From Armatimonadota bacterium (GTDB lineage: Bacteria > Armatimonadota > UBA10988), in assembly GCA_016235455.1 (NCBI GenBank), contig JACRKZ010000069.1:27913-91912 (forward strand): 64,000 nt of DNA, in the 5' to 3' direction. Within the stretch, counting starts at the first letter, position 1, and every line of letters starts with the position of its first letter. Below are positions 35,683 through 45,588 of the stretch, in pieces. A program made the position numbers and the translations under genes. Under the pieces are notes generated by a model that was not told where the DNA came from, searched no databases, and saw nothing but the letters and a program-made list of their open reading frames with translations.

Positions 35683-37094
35683 CGCCCGGCCTCCGCGCTC
35701 TTGGTCGCCTTCTTGGCGCGGTCCGCGCGCGCCGTGCAGGTCACCTGGAAGTTGTACAGGGTCTCCTTGCCCACGCTCACGGCGTCGTAGGAGTCCAGCC
35801 GCGCCGGCTCGAAACGGCCGGTGTCGTTGAGCGCGGTCATCACCGCGGTGACCAGGGCGGCGCCGCGGGCCTGGCCACGCAGCGTCACGCCGCGCACGGC
35901 ATCGCAGCTCCACTCCTCGAGGGCGACGCCGTCGGGCAGCCGCTCGGCCAGCTGGCGCAGCACATCCAGCCAGGCGCTCTGCGCGTGGACGCGATCGCGT
36001 GTGGCGGCCAGCGTGTCGATGAACAGCGCCGATTCGCCGCCGGCCAGCTCGAGATTGGAGCGCAGGCGCTTGACCTTGGCCTCGGCCGCCGCCAACTCGG
36101 CCTGGCGCCCATGGTAGGCACTGATGAACCAGCCTACGCCGACCGCCGCCAGCAGCAGCACGCCGACGATACCCCAAGTGGCGGGTGCCATCCGGCGGCG
36201 CTGCACCTCGGCGGCCGTGGGCACGCGGCGGCGCAGATTGAGCGGCAGCGGCACGTCGCCGCCCTGCATCATGAGCCCGGTGGCCACGGCGTAGCCGGCC
36301 GACTGGTCGGTACCGGGTAGCGACGCGCCGAGTGACGCCCACGGGTCGGCCACCTGGCAGTCGATGCCCTGCGCGGCCAGGGCCGTGACGGCGGCCGTGG
36401 CGCCCGCGCCACACACCAGCACCTGGCCGACCACTTCGCCGGTAGCACCCGCATGGCTCTGCAACGAACGGCGCAGTTCCGGCCCGACCGCCTCCAGCTC
36501 GGACGGCACCACGCGCACCTGGCGCAGCCGGCCCAGCGCGTCGAGCAGCACCAGTTCGCCGCGCTCGTCGCCGATGAGCAGCACGGCGGTGGCCTGGCCG
36601 GCGGCGCGGGCCGCGGGACCGTAGAGGTTGGCCAATGCGATGGCGCCGAGGTTGACCGCGCGGGGCACGAGATGCTGGTCGGCGAGCGGCTGGAGCAGCT
36701 CCCGCAGGCGCTCGGCGCGACACACCGCCACGGCCAGCAGGGAGTCGCCGCTGGCGGTGGACGGATCCACGACCGCCCAGCCAAAGTCGAGACTGTCGGC
36801 GGGCAGGCCAAAGTGGCTTTCGGCCTCGGTGCGGGCCAGGCGAGCGAGGTTGTCCTCGGTGGTGGCGGGGAAGCTGACCAGGCGCACGTTGCTGTCGGTC
36901 AGGCTCAGACCGACCACCACTTGCGCACCGCGCGCGTGCGTCTCCACGAAGGCGGCCAAAGCCGCGCGGCGGGGGCCCGGCTCAGCCGGCATCGCCGCCA
37001 CCACGGCTTCCAACAAGTGCCAGCGGCCCCGACGCTGCTCGCCAATGACGGCGCGCGCCTCACCGTGGCCCAGTTCCAGCCCGACCGTTCGCAT
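35679..37094 (-). CDS. GspL-like (PilM-PilN type) protein
   Basis: Actin-like N-terminus (VGLELG), TM helix, and PilN-like LAERLPDGVALEEW...VTLRGQA. Confidence 0.7.
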   Translation of the reverse strand: MRTVGLELGHGEARAVIGEQRRGRWHLLEAVVAAMPAEPGPRRAALAAFVETHARGAQVVVGLSLTDSNVRLVSFPATTEDNLARLARTEAESHFGLPADSLDFGWAVVDPSTASGDSLLAVAVCRAERLRELLQPLADQHLVPRAVNLGAIALANLYGPAARAAGQATAVLLIGDERGELVLLDALGRLRQVRVVPSELEAVGPELRRSLQSHAGATGEVVGQVLVCGAGATAAVTALAAQGIDCQVADPWASLGASLPGTDQSAGYAVATGLMMQGGDVPLPLNLRRRVPTAAEVQRRRMAPATWGIVGVLLLAAVGVGWFISAYHGRQAELAAAEAKVKRLRSNLELAGGESALFIDTLAATRDRVHAQSAWLDVLRQLAERLPDGVALEEWSCDAVRGVTLRGQARGAALVTAVMTALNDTGRFEPARLDSYDAVSVGKETLYNFQVTCTARADRAKKATKSAEAGR

Positions 37095-37144
37095 CTAGAA
37101 CGCCTCACCCCGTCCGACCAACGAGACTGAGCGTTCGCCGCGCG

Positions 37145-38629
37145 TCAGTCCACCCGGTGGTAGACCAGGCGCACCGTGCGCGTGGGAGTCGTGCTTTCCT
37201 GGCCGTCAGTCGCCGTCTCGGCCGACGTCGTGCCGGCCGCTCCCGGGTCAGCCGCGCTTGCCGTGCGGGCCATCTCCACCAGCACGACCGCGGTCACGCG
37301 GCGTTGCACTGCCTCTTGCCCTTGCCCGACCCAACCCGTAGCCACCAGTTTGACCGTTTGGCCTCGTGTGGTCAGCCAGGGCGCCACGCGCTCGAACTGC
37401 TCGTTGGTTACTTCTGTCAGACCCAACAGATCGCCCACGGTTTCAAACGGGGTCTGTTCACGCGCCTGCACCACGGCCTGGGCCGTGGCCTCGTCCATCC
37501 CGGGCAGCACGGCGAGAATCTCGGGCGCGGCGGTGTTCAGGTTGACCAGCCCCAGCACCCGCTGATCGGACGACATGGTCAGTCGGTCGTAGATCTTCTG
37601 GAGTTTGGCGCGGTCAAGCACCCGGAGCAGCCCCGCGACGGGCTTGGCAGCCCCGCCGGGCGGCGTTGGGTCAGCCTCGGCCGAGTCAGCGCCCGTGTCC
37701 AGCCCTGGGGGAGTCGGCGCGTTGGTCTCTGGCATGGCTGGTGTGCCGGACGCGGGCGAGGCCGGCGCCGTCGGCAGCCCGGTGTTGGGGTCCGTGGTCG
37801 GGCCGGCGTTGCCCCGGGCCGACTCCTTGGCCCAGTTTGCGATGCTTGTTGCTTCGGCCTCGGTCAGATCGTCGCCGAAGGCCTGTAGGAGCGCCTGGGC
37901 CGTGGCGGTGGTGAGGTCGATGCGCGTCTGTCCCGCGCCGTCCACGTTGTCCTCGAAGGTGTCGACAGAGAACAGTTCGGCCAACGGCGTGAGCAGCGGG
38001 TCGACCTGTTCGCGCTCGCTCTGATCGGCCAACGGCGAAAGGCCGGTGGCGCCGAAGAACCGCGCGGGCGTGATGCCTTTGACCAGCAGCAACTCCTCGA
38101 CTGTCTCCACAGGGCCGTTGCGCGGCGCATGGGGTGGTTGGAGCGTGGTGTAGTAGTCGGCCTCGGCGCCCTCGGCGCGGGGCAGGTCATCGGTGTCGCG
38201 CCAGTCGAGGATGGCGTCAACCAACTCCGGCTCCTGGGGCAGCAGCTTGGTGAGCAGTTGCTCAGGCACCTCATTGATGTCCATGCGCGCGGATTCGTCG
38301 AGCCCCTCGACCGTGAACCCTTCGCCCTGCGGGGCCAGTTCCGGCTCGTCGGTGCTGTCCAGGTGGAGCACCACCGGCTGGCCGGAATCGGCCTCGGCGA
38401 CCAGGCTGATGTAGCGTTCAGGCCGGTCGCGCAACTGCAGTACGGCGCGCTGCAGGCCGCTCTCGGCCAGCCACTGGGCCTGCACGCGCCGTTCCTCGCC
38501 AGCGGCCAGGAGGCTCTCGGTGCGCACGGCGAAGGCCAGGCTGGCGGTCAGGGCGATGAGAATCGCCAGAACCACCAACGTGGCCAGCAGTGCCATGCCG
38601 CGCTGTCTACTTCGTCGCACCAGTGTCAC
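37145..38629 (-). CDS. gspK: Type II secretion minor pseudopilin K
   Basis: RQRGMALLATL leader, LAESGL, DESARMDIN, AILDWRDTD, PRNGP.ETVEELLLVKG and VNLNTA helix-hairpin-helix. Confidence 0.88.
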   Translation of the reverse strand: MTLVRRSRQRGMALLATLVVLAILIALTASLAFAVRTESLLAAGEERRVQAQWLAESGLQRAVLQLRDRPERYISLVAEADSGQPVVLHLDSTDEPELAPQGEGFTVEGLDESARMDINEVPEQLLTKLLPQEPELVDAILDWRDTDDLPRAEGAEADYYTTLQPPHAPRNGPVETVEELLLVKGITPARFFGATGLSPLADQSEREQVDPLLTPLAELFSVDTFEDNVDGAGQTRIDLTTATAQALLQAFGDDLTEAEATSIANWAKESARGNAGPTTDPNTGLPTAPASPASGTPAMPETNAPTPPGLDTGADSAEADPTPPGGAAKPVAGLLRVLDRAKLQKIYDRLTMSSDQRVLGLVNLNTAAPEILAVLPGMDEATAQAVVQAREQTPFETVGDLLGLTEVTNEQFERVAPWLTTRGQTVKLVATGWVGQGQEAVQRRVTAVVLVEMARTASAADPGAAGTTSAETATDGQESTTPTRTVRLVYHRVD

Positions 38630-39674
38630 CTCGTGGCCTCGTGCCACCACCGCCCAGACCGCCGGGAATCATGCCGCCCGGCAGCGTGCCGCCGGCGCCG
38701 GGGGGCGCACCAGGCGAGGTGCCGGCGGTCGCGGCAGGATCCTGCACGCCGCCGGCATCGCCCTTGGCGCTGGGTCGATAGCGTGCGGCGCGCAGGGGCA
38801 GCCGCACGGTCAATGAGACGATCTCCTCCATCGCTTCGGGCCGGTCGGGGGTCAGGCCGAGCTTGACCGCCACCGCCACGGGCACCTGCTGCAGGTCTTG
38901 CCAGTCGAGGCACCAGCCCTGCGCGTCGGCGCCCTCGCGTTCGGTGTCCGTGTAATAGCGTACGTCAAACGACGTGGCCATGGGTGCCAGTTCCGTGACT
39001 TCAGGCTGCGATTCGGTGCCAGTCAGGCCCGGCTGCCAGTTAATCACGCGGACCAGGCCGCGCTCCGGCGTGGCGTCGTCGAGGTCGAGCTTGTACAGCA
39101 CTTCGGCCAGATCGCCGCGGCCGGGGCTGAGTCGGTCGGCGCGCGACGAGGTCGAGGCGCCACTGACCGTCGCGGTGAAGCGCACCACATCCTGCGGCCG
39201 GCTATCGTTGCCGGCGTGGTCCTCGCCGACGAACGTCACGCCCGCCTGCTGCTGGGTTGTGGTGGTGCCGGTCGAGGCGGTCGAGGTGCCCGTGGTGGCG
39301 GCGTCGGTCTCCGCGCTCTGGGTGATCTGGATGGGGTGCAGGCTGGCCAAGTCGCGCCGCATCTGGTCCAGGGCGATGCGCGCGGTCTGGTCGAGCTCGC
39401 TGCGGCGCTCAAGCGTCGTCAGGTTGCGCGTCGTGGCCGAGAACACGCCGAAGACCGCCCCGAGGACGATGACGGTCAGCGCTAGCGCAACGATGAGCTC
39501 GACGAGGGTGAGCCCGTGCGCCCGCCCGCGCCACCTGCTCCACCGCCGGGCAAGCCCATGCCTGGCGTGGCGCCGGCCGCCGCGCCGGATGCCGCCGACT
39601 CCGCGTCGGACGTTGTCGACGCTGCTTCGGACGTTGCCGACGACCCTGTGTTCAGCACACCTGGGGCAACACAT
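38607..39674 (-). CDS. gspJ: Type II secretion pseudopilin J (start uncertain)
   Basis: Prepilin motif G|LTLVELIVAL, LDQMRRDL and FDVRYY...W..DW...PVAVAVKL. Confidence 0.75.
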   Translation of the reverse strand: MCCPRCAEHRVVGNVRSSVDNVRRGVGGIRRGGRRHARHGLARRWSRWRGRAHGLTLVELIVALALTVIVLGAVFGVFSATTRNLTTLERRSELDQTARIALDQMRRDLASLHPIQITQSAETDAATTGTSTASTGTTTTQQQAGVTFVGEDHAGNDSRPQDVVRFTATVSGASTSSRADRLSPGRGDLAEVLYKLDLDDATPERGLVRVINWQPGLTGTESQPEVTELAPMATSFDVRYYTDTEREGADAQGWCLDWQDLQQVPVAVAVKLGLTPDRPEAMEEIVSLTVRLPLRAARYRPSAKGDAGGVQDPAATAGTSPGAPPGAGGTLPGGMIPGGLGGGGTRPRGDTGATK

Positions 39675-40027
39675 GCGCTCAGATCCACTCCCTGCTCGCG
39701 CGAGCCGCTGCGCCAGTTGACGGTCATCGTCAGCTTCAGCAGCCCATCGGTCTCCGTGTTCTCAATGCGCTGCTTCCAGGAGAAGCGCGAGTTTTCGGCG
39801 CCGAAATCGCCCTCGTCGCTGCCGGGCTGGAGGTCGGTCTGCACGGACAGTTCGTTGAGCTTGGACTCCGCCAGCCGCAGCGCCTCGGCACGGTCGCGGT
39901 TGTCGCGCGAGCGCGACTCGCACTGCGCCACCACCTGCAACACGCCGACGAACCCGATGGCCAGCACGGCCACCGCTACCAGCACTTCCAGGAGTGTGAA
40001 GCCGCTCTGGCGGCAGCTCCGGGTCAT
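39482..40027 (-). CDS. gspI: Type II secretion pseudopilin I
   Basis: RQSG|FTLLEVLVAVAVL, LAESKLNEL, GDF...FSW. Confidence 0.8.
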   Translation of the reverse strand: MTRSCRQSGFTLLEVLVAVAVLAIGFVGVLQVVAQCESRSRDNRDRAEALRLAESKLNELSVQTDLQPGSDEGDFGAENSRFSWKQRIENTETDGLLKLTMTVNWRSGSREQGVDLSACVAPGVLNTGSSATSEAASTTSDAESAASGAAAGATPGMGLPGGGAGGAGGRTGSPSSSSSLR

Positions 40028-40605
40028 GAGCCAGACTCCGCGGCGCGCAGCAGTTCCTGATAGTCTTGCCCATCTGACGCCGAGAGCACACGCGCGGTGC
40101 CCAGAGTCGGCTCCACACGCACAATGAGTCGCTCGTCGCGCCGGTCGGCGATGACCACGAACCAGTCCTCACCGCGGCCGTCGGGGCTGAACATCACGCT
40201 CTGGGCCGGCTTGGACCCGCGCGCCGCCGACCGCGCGAAGCGCACGCCGTCGGGCAGGGCGCGCGGCAGGCCACCGGCGTGGGTATCAGCGTGCCACTGC
40301 GGCTCGCTCTCGGGCTCCACCGTCGTCAGTTCAGACACTCGGCTGAGGCCAGTGTCCGCATCAATCTCGAAGCGGGCATGCGTGTTGTGGCGGACGGCGA
40401 TCTCGCGAGCGTAGCGCATCTGACTGACCACGCCACGCGCGCCCGCGCGCAACCGACTGGCAGCGCCGTAGTTGCCCAGGCTGGGCAGGATGGCGCCGGT
40501 CATGACGACAATCAGCGCCAGCACCACCAGCAGCTCGATGAGCGTCAGCCCGCTACGCCGCGGGCGCTGGCGATTACTTCTTGGCGCCGTCCAGGTCCCA
40601 GACAC
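40024..40605 (-). CDS. gspH: Type II secretion pseudopilin H / FimT-like
   Basis: RRSG|LTLIELLVVL, MRYAREIAV, VMFSPDG. Likely GTG start at 40605 after AGGA. Confidence 0.75.
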   Translation of the reverse strand: MSGTWTAPRSNRQRPRRSGLTLIELLVVLALIVVMTGAILPSLGNYGAASRLRAGARGVVSQMRYAREIAVRHNTHARFEIDADTGLSRVSELTTVEPESEPQWHADTHAGGLPRALPDGVRFARSAARGSKPAQSVMFSPDGRGEDWFVVIADRRDERLIVRVEPTLGTARVLSASDGQDYQELLRAAESGS

Positions 40606-41056
40606 TGATGTCCTGATCCTTGGCACTGGTGCCACCGGCCTTCCCATCGGCACCAACGCATCTGATGTCGTAATCGTGCCCGTCGGGCCCGGGGCACACG
40701 TACTGGTACTCATGGCCCCACGGATCGTTGAAGTTCTTGCGCTGCAGGAAGGGGCCGCCGCCGGCGCGCCACTTGGCCTGCTTGTCCGAGTCCAGCCCCT
40801 CGGGCGCGAACAGCGCCTTGAGGCCCTGCTCGGTGGTCGGGAACTCGGCCATGGCGTTGTTGTACGCCTCAAGTGCCGTGGACAGCGTCTGCAGGTCGGA
40901 CTTGGCCCGGCTCACCCGCGCCTGGTCGGCCTTGTTGGCCACGTAGAAGGTGATGCTACCGGCCAGAATGACCAGGATCACCATCACCACCAGCAACTCG
41001 ATCAGCGTCAACGCCGCATGGCGGCGTCGGCTGCGCATCCGAACCATCATCATCAT
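40574..41056 (-). CDS. gspG: Type II secretion major pseudopilin G
   Basis: LTLIELLVVMVIL, AKSDLQTLSTALEAY, FPTTEQGLKAL, DPWGHEYQY, GADG..GG...D.DI. Confidence 0.92.
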   Translation of the reverse strand: MMMMVRMRSRRRHAALTLIELLVVMVILVILAGSITFYVANKADQARVSRAKSDLQTLSTALEAYNNAMAEFPTTEQGLKALFAPEGLDSDKQAKWRAGGGPFLQRKNFNDPWGHEYQYVCPGPDGHDYDIRCVGADGKAGGTSAKDQDISVWDLDGAKK

Positions 41057-41112
41057 CTTCCCCAGGTCCGCTCGCGTCCTGCGCGGACACTAGCACCGGG
41101 CTGCCCCTCAGG

Positions 41113-41829
41113 TCAAGCCGCGTTCTCTTGCGTGCCCTTCACCGCCGCCGGCCACAAGAGCCGATGCTGCTGCAGCCCCAGGGTGGCTGGGCAGCGGTCC
41201 GCCAGCATCCACGCCGCCAGCTGGCCGGGCAGCGGCCAGCTGGCCATATCGCCCCGGAATGCCGCGGGGGTCACCGGCGAGAAGCCCACCGGCACGCGAT
41301 CAAACAGCCCGTGCTCCACACACAGCCCCACGGCCCAGTCGTAGTCGCCGCGGTCGGCGATGACGAACTTGACCTCATCGCGCCCCGCGACCAGCCTGGC
41401 CAGGTTGCTCAGGTCCATGCGCTCGCTTTGGCCGCTGGCGGGGCACTTGAGGTCCAGCGCGACATGAACGCGCTCGTCGATGTTGTTGACGCCAAGGCTG
41501 CCCGATGTGTTCAGCACGACCTCGTAGCCGGCGTCGCACAGGGCGGTCAGCAGGTCCGGCGTGGCCGGCTGCCCCAACGGCTCGCCGCCCGTGACCTCCA
41601 CCAGCGAGGTGCCCATCTGGGCCACCTGCGCCAGGATCGCGGCCAGGCTGTGGCGCACTGGCGGATCCATCTCACCCGCTTTCCAGGCGTAGGTGGTGTC
41701 GCACCACACACACGACAGATTGCAGCCCGCCAGTCTGACAAATGCACAGACGCGCCCAACGCGCGAACCTTCTCCCTGTAGACTGAGGAAGAACTCGGTG
41801 ACAGCCAAAGTACGGGTGAGATCGGGCAT
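41113..41829 (-). CDS. queE: 7-carboxy-7-deazaguanine synthase (radical SAM)
   Basis: EFFLSLQGEG, FVRLAGCNLSCVWCDT, VTGGEP, DLKCPASG, DEVKFVI and LQQH..LW. Confidence 0.88.
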   Translation of the reverse strand: MPDLTRTLAVTEFFLSLQGEGSRVGRVCAFVRLAGCNLSCVWCDTTYAWKAGEMDPPVRHSLAAILAQVAQMGTSLVEVTGGEPLGQPATPDLLTALCDAGYEVVLNTSGSLGVNNIDERVHVALDLKCPASGQSERMDLSNLARLVAGRDEVKFVIADRGDYDWAVGLCVEHGLFDRVPVGFSPVTPAAFRGDMASWPLPGQLAAWMLADRCPATLGLQQHRLLWPAAVKGTQENAA

Positions 41830-42017
41830 TCGTCACATGGTGCCACCCGCTGGTCTGGTGTCAAGCGGGTGGCGCGCCGGTTTTGCGCTCGGGTCGCGGC
41901 CGTGGGGCGCGCCACCCGCCATGCTCCGCCAATGCTTTTCGTCAAAATGTCGCGCCGAATCGGCCAAAGGACTGCCGGCTCGCGGTGTGAACTTGGAGCG
42001 CGGATAGGAGTCTCTCA

Positions 42018-44222
42018 ATGCGACAACTGCGTTGGGCGGTGCTGGCGACGATCCTGGCGGGCACGATGGTGTCGGCGCAGGGCTACAAGCTGGCGCCGGG
42101 CCCGATCAAGACGCGCTGGGCTGCGAAGGTCTCGCCGACCAACTGCCTGCCCGAATACCCGCGCCCGACCATGGCTCGTGAGGCGTGGAGCAATCTCAAC
42201 GGTCTGTGGGACTACGCCATCGCCGCCAAGGCCGACGCGCAGCCGACGGCTTTCGAGGGCAAGATTCTGGTGCCGTACGCTGTCGAGTCGCAGCTGTCGG
42301 GCGTGGGCCGGGCGGTGCAGCCCGACCAGAAGCTGTGGTACCACCGCAGCTTCAATGTGCCCGGCTCGTGGCGCGGCAAGCGCGTGCTGCTGCACTTTGG
42401 CGCGGTCGACTGGGACACCACGGTACTGGTCAACGGCCAACAGGTGGCCACGCACCGCGGCGGCTACGACGGCTTCTCAGCCGACATCACCAAGGCGCTG
42501 GCCACGGGTGCGGCGCAGGAGCTGGTGGTGGCGGTGACCGATCCGACCACGGCAGGTCCGCAGCCGCGCGGCAAGCAGACGCTCAAGCCCGGCGGCATCT
42601 TCTACACGCCGACCACGGGCATCTGGCAGACGGTGTGGATGGAGCCGGTGGCCGAGAAGGGCATCGATGCGCTCAAGATGGCGCCCGATGTGGCCGGCTC
42701 ATGCCTCAAGCTGACCGTCACCGCCGGTGCCGAGTCCGTCCGCGCCCTGGCCTATGACGGTAACCGCGTCGTGGGCCGCATCGACGGCGCGCCCGGCACC
42801 GAGTTGAAGGTGCCTGTGCCCAACCCCAAGCTGTGGTCACCCGACAGCCCCACGCTGTACCGCCTGGTGGTCAGCTCGCTGGTTGGCGGCAAGGAGATCG
42901 ACAAGGTCGACAGCTACTTCGGGATGCGCTCGGTCAGCCTGGGCAAGGACGACAAGGGCGTCTTGCGGCCGATGCTCAACGGCAAGTTCATCTTCCAGGT
43001 CGGCTTCCTCGACCAGGGCTTCTGGCCCGATGGCATCTACACCGCGCCGACCGACGAAGCGCTGCGCTGGGACATCGAGACGAGCAAGAAGCTGGGCATG
43101 AACATGGCCCGCAAGCACGTCAAGGTGGAGCCCGAGCGCTGGTACTACTGGTGCGACAAGCTGGGCCTGCTGGTCTGGCAGGACATGCCCAGCCCGTTCT
43201 CGACCACCGACGAGGCCAAGGCCATCTATGAGAAGGAACTGCGGGCGATGATCGCCGGCCGCTACAACCATCCCAGCATCTACCTGTGGGTGGTGTTCAA
43301 CGAAGGCTGGGGCCAGCATGACACGCCCGCGCGGGTGGACCTGGTTCGCCAGCTCGACTCCACGCGCCTGATCAACAACGCCAGCGGTTGGACCGACGCC
43401 AAATGCGGTGACGTGATCGACATGCACAACTACCCCGGTCCTGGCTCGCCCAAGCCCGAGGAGACGCGTGCCGCGGTGCTGGGCGAGTTCGGCGGACTGG
43501 GTCTGGGCCTCAAGGACCACGTCTGGACCGCGGACGGCTGGGGCTATCGTGCGGCCGTGACCCGCGAGAAGCTGACCAGCGACTACGTCAAGCTGCTGCG
43601 GAAGGCCTACCAGCTCCGCGACGAGGCCGGCCTGTCGGCCGTCGTCTACACGCAGACCACGGACTGCGAGATGGAGATCAACGGTCTGATCACCTACGAT
43701 CGCGAGATCATCAAGCCCGACGTGGAAACCGTTTCGAAGGCCAACCGCGGCATCTTCCCGCCGGCGCCCAAGGAAGTGACCATCGTGCCGGCGTCCGACG
43801 TGGCGCCGCAGACCTGGCGCTATACGACCACCAAGCCCAACGACGGCTGGCAGTCGGCGACGTTCGACGACGCGGGCTGGAAGGAAGGCCCTGGCGGCTT
43901 CGGCACGGTCGGCACGCCCGGCGCCAAAGTGGGCACCGAGTGGCGCACGAGCGACATCTGGCTACGCCGCGCCGTCGACCTGCCCAAGGTCGACTTCAAG
44001 GGCCTGGCGCTGCGTCTGCACCACGACGAAGATGCTGAGGTGTTCGTCAACGGCACGCAGATCTTCAGCATCGGCGGGTACACCTCGGAGTATGAGCTGC
44101 AGGCCCTGGACAAGGCGGCCATGGCAGCCTTCAAGCCCGGCCGCAACGTGCTCGCCGTACACTGCAAGCAGACCATGGGCGGTCAGTACATCGACCTGGG
44201 GCTGACGGACCTGGTGCCCTAA
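42018..44222 (+). CDS. Secreted glycoside hydrolase family 2 with C-terminal beta-sandwich domain
   Basis: PEYPRP, NLNGLWDY, LHFGAVDW, GIWQTVW, LDQGFWPDG, RKHVKVE, NHPSIYLWVVFNEGWGQ and GEFGG. Confidence 0.92.
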   Translation: MRQLRWAVLATILAGTMVSAQGYKLAPGPIKTRWAAKVSPTNCLPEYPRPTMAREAWSNLNGLWDYAIAAKADAQPTAFEGKILVPYAVESQLSGVGRAVQPDQKLWYHRSFNVPGSWRGKRVLLHFGAVDWDTTVLVNGQQVATHRGGYDGFSADITKALATGAAQELVVAVTDPTTAGPQPRGKQTLKPGGIFYTPTTGIWQTVWMEPVAEKGIDALKMAPDVAGSCLKLTVTAGAESVRALAYDGNRVVGRIDGAPGTELKVPVPNPKLWSPDSPTLYRLVVSSLVGGKEIDKVDSYFGMRSVSLGKDDKGVLRPMLNGKFIFQVGFLDQGFWPDGIYTAPTDEALRWDIETSKKLGMNMARKHVKVEPERWYYWCDKLGLLVWQDMPSPFSTTDEAKAIYEKELRAMIAGRYNHPSIYLWVVFNEGWGQHDTPARVDLVRQLDSTRLINNASGWTDAKCGDVIDMHNYPGPGSPKPEETRAAVLGEFGGLGLGLKDHVWTADGWGYRAAVTREKLTSDYVKLLRKAYQLRDEAGLSAVVYTQTTDCEMEINGLITYDREIIKPDVETVSKANRGIFPPAPKEVTIVPASDVAPQTWRYTTTKPNDGWQSATFDDAGWKEGPGGFGTVGTPGAKVGTEWRTSDIWLRRAVDLPKVDFKGLALRLHHDEDAEVFVNGTQIFSIGGYTSEYELQALDKAAMAAFKPGRNVLAVHCKQTMGGQYIDLGLTDLVP

Positions 44223-44226
44223 GGCT

Positions 44227-44304
44227 CGGCCCTCAATGAAAACGGTGTCAGGACCCGTTTCCGTACGCGGAAACGGGTCCTGACACCGTTTTCATTGAGG
44301 GCCG
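44227..44304. repeat. Perfect 37-bp inverted repeat with TACG loop (REP doublet or bidirectional terminator)
   Basis: CGGCCCTCAATGAAAACGGTGTCAGGACCCGTTTCCG-TACG-reverse complement, filling the gap between two convergent stop codons. Confidence 0.85.
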
Positions 44305-44307
44305 GAG

Positions 44308-45582
44308 TCACCCGAGCTTGTACATCACCAGCCCGGTGAGCACCTTGGGGTAGAAGTAGGTGCTCTTCTGGGGCATCAACTCGTGCGCCAGGGCGACGTC
44401 GAGGACGCTCTGCAGCGGCGTGGCGCGGAGAATGAAGGACACATCGGCGCCCTCCGCCACGGCCTCGACGGATTCGGCGGCGGTGTGCACGTAGCTCATC
44501 TGCGGCTGGCCGAAGGCGGCTTCCAGGGCCGGCAGCACCAGTCGGTGCAGCACCGAGACGTTCAGCTCGCGCAGCGCCGGCGAGAGGTCGGCCAGCTCGG
44601 TGTCGAGCAGGCTCGGGCTCTTGGGGCGTAGCAGGCCGACGCGGTCGCCGAACAGCACACCCACTTCCGACAGGCCGGCGCCCGCGATGTAGCGGTCCAG
44701 CGCCTCGCCATCCTTGGGATCCAGGTCCAGCGCCACATACTCGAACTGCCCGCTCAAGGCGTGGACCAGCCGTTCGGGCGTGCATGACGGCCAGCCGGCG
44801 GCGATGCGGTGCGTGGGCATGACGCAGAGCCCGGCATCGCCGGAACCGGTGAGCACGAAGACGGTGTAGTTGGCGGGATGATCGTCGGTCAGTTCGCCCG
44901 CGTCGGCCAGCGTCTGGCGGTAGCGCAGCATCGTCTCGTAGCGATGGTGGCCATCGGCGATGAAGATGTCGCGGTCGGCCATGGCGGCGATGACGGCTTC
45001 GATGGCGGGCCGCTCGGTGACCGCCCAGACGCGGTTCGACACGCCGTCGGTGCCCAGCGCGATCAGGTCGGGCTCACGCTGGCAGAACGGTGCCAACAAC
45101 CCGATGACCTCGCTCTGCGGGTCGGGGTAGATGCCCAGGTGCTGGCTCAGCACGCACTTGGTCTGCCGGGTCAACTGGAAGCGATCTTCCTTCGGCCCGC
45201 TGAAGGTGCGCTCATGCGGGTGGATGTGGCCGGTGCCCACCGGCTCCAGCCGCACGCGAGCGACCAGCGAGCGCCGCGTGTAGGTCTCGTCGCCCCAGGC
45301 GTAGACCTGTTCGTAGACGTACAGCGCGGGGCTGGCATCCTCGGCCAGCACGCCCTCGGCCTGCCACTTGTCCAGCAGCGACGCGGCGATGGCGTAGCGG
45401 TTGTTCGGTTCGGCGGGATCGGTCGAGCCCAGGCCGAAGTCGACGTGCACGATGTTGTGCGGGTCGGCCAGCAGCTTCATGTGCAGCGCGGGCCCAATGA
45501 CATCGTACGGCGGCGCGGTGACCGACGAGACGTCGGGTGCGGTAGTGTAGCGCAGTGCGCAAAACGGTGCGATGGTGGCCAT
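44308..45582 (-). CDS. DUF1015 family protein
   Basis: IAPFCALRY, APPYDVI, IHPHERT, IFIADGHHRYET, PTHR and MPQKSTYFYPK. Confidence 0.9.
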   Translation of the reverse strand: MATIAPFCALRYTTAPDVSSVTAPPYDVIGPALHMKLLADPHNIVHVDFGLGSTDPAEPNNRYAIAASLLDKWQAEGVLAEDASPALYVYEQVYAWGDETYTRRSLVARVRLEPVGTGHIHPHERTFSGPKEDRFQLTRQTKCVLSQHLGIYPDPQSEVIGLLAPFCQREPDLIALGTDGVSNRVWAVTERPAIEAVIAAMADRDIFIADGHHRYETMLRYRQTLADAGELTDDHPANYTVFVLTGSGDAGLCVMPTHRIAAGWPSCTPERLVHALSGQFEYVALDLDPKDGEALDRYIAGAGLSEVGVLFGDRVGLLRPKSPSLLDTELADLSPALRELNVSVLHRLVLPALEAAFGQPQMSYVHTAAESVEAVAEGADVSFILRATPLQSVLDVALAHELMPQKSTYFYPKVLTGLVMYKLG

Positions 45583-45588
45583 GGCGCG

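Noticed and set aside
41113-41829. queE as part of a 7-deazaguanine DNA modification (dpd) system
   Set aside because: No dpdA/tgt, queC, queD or folE nearby. A lone queE fits queuosine synthesis.
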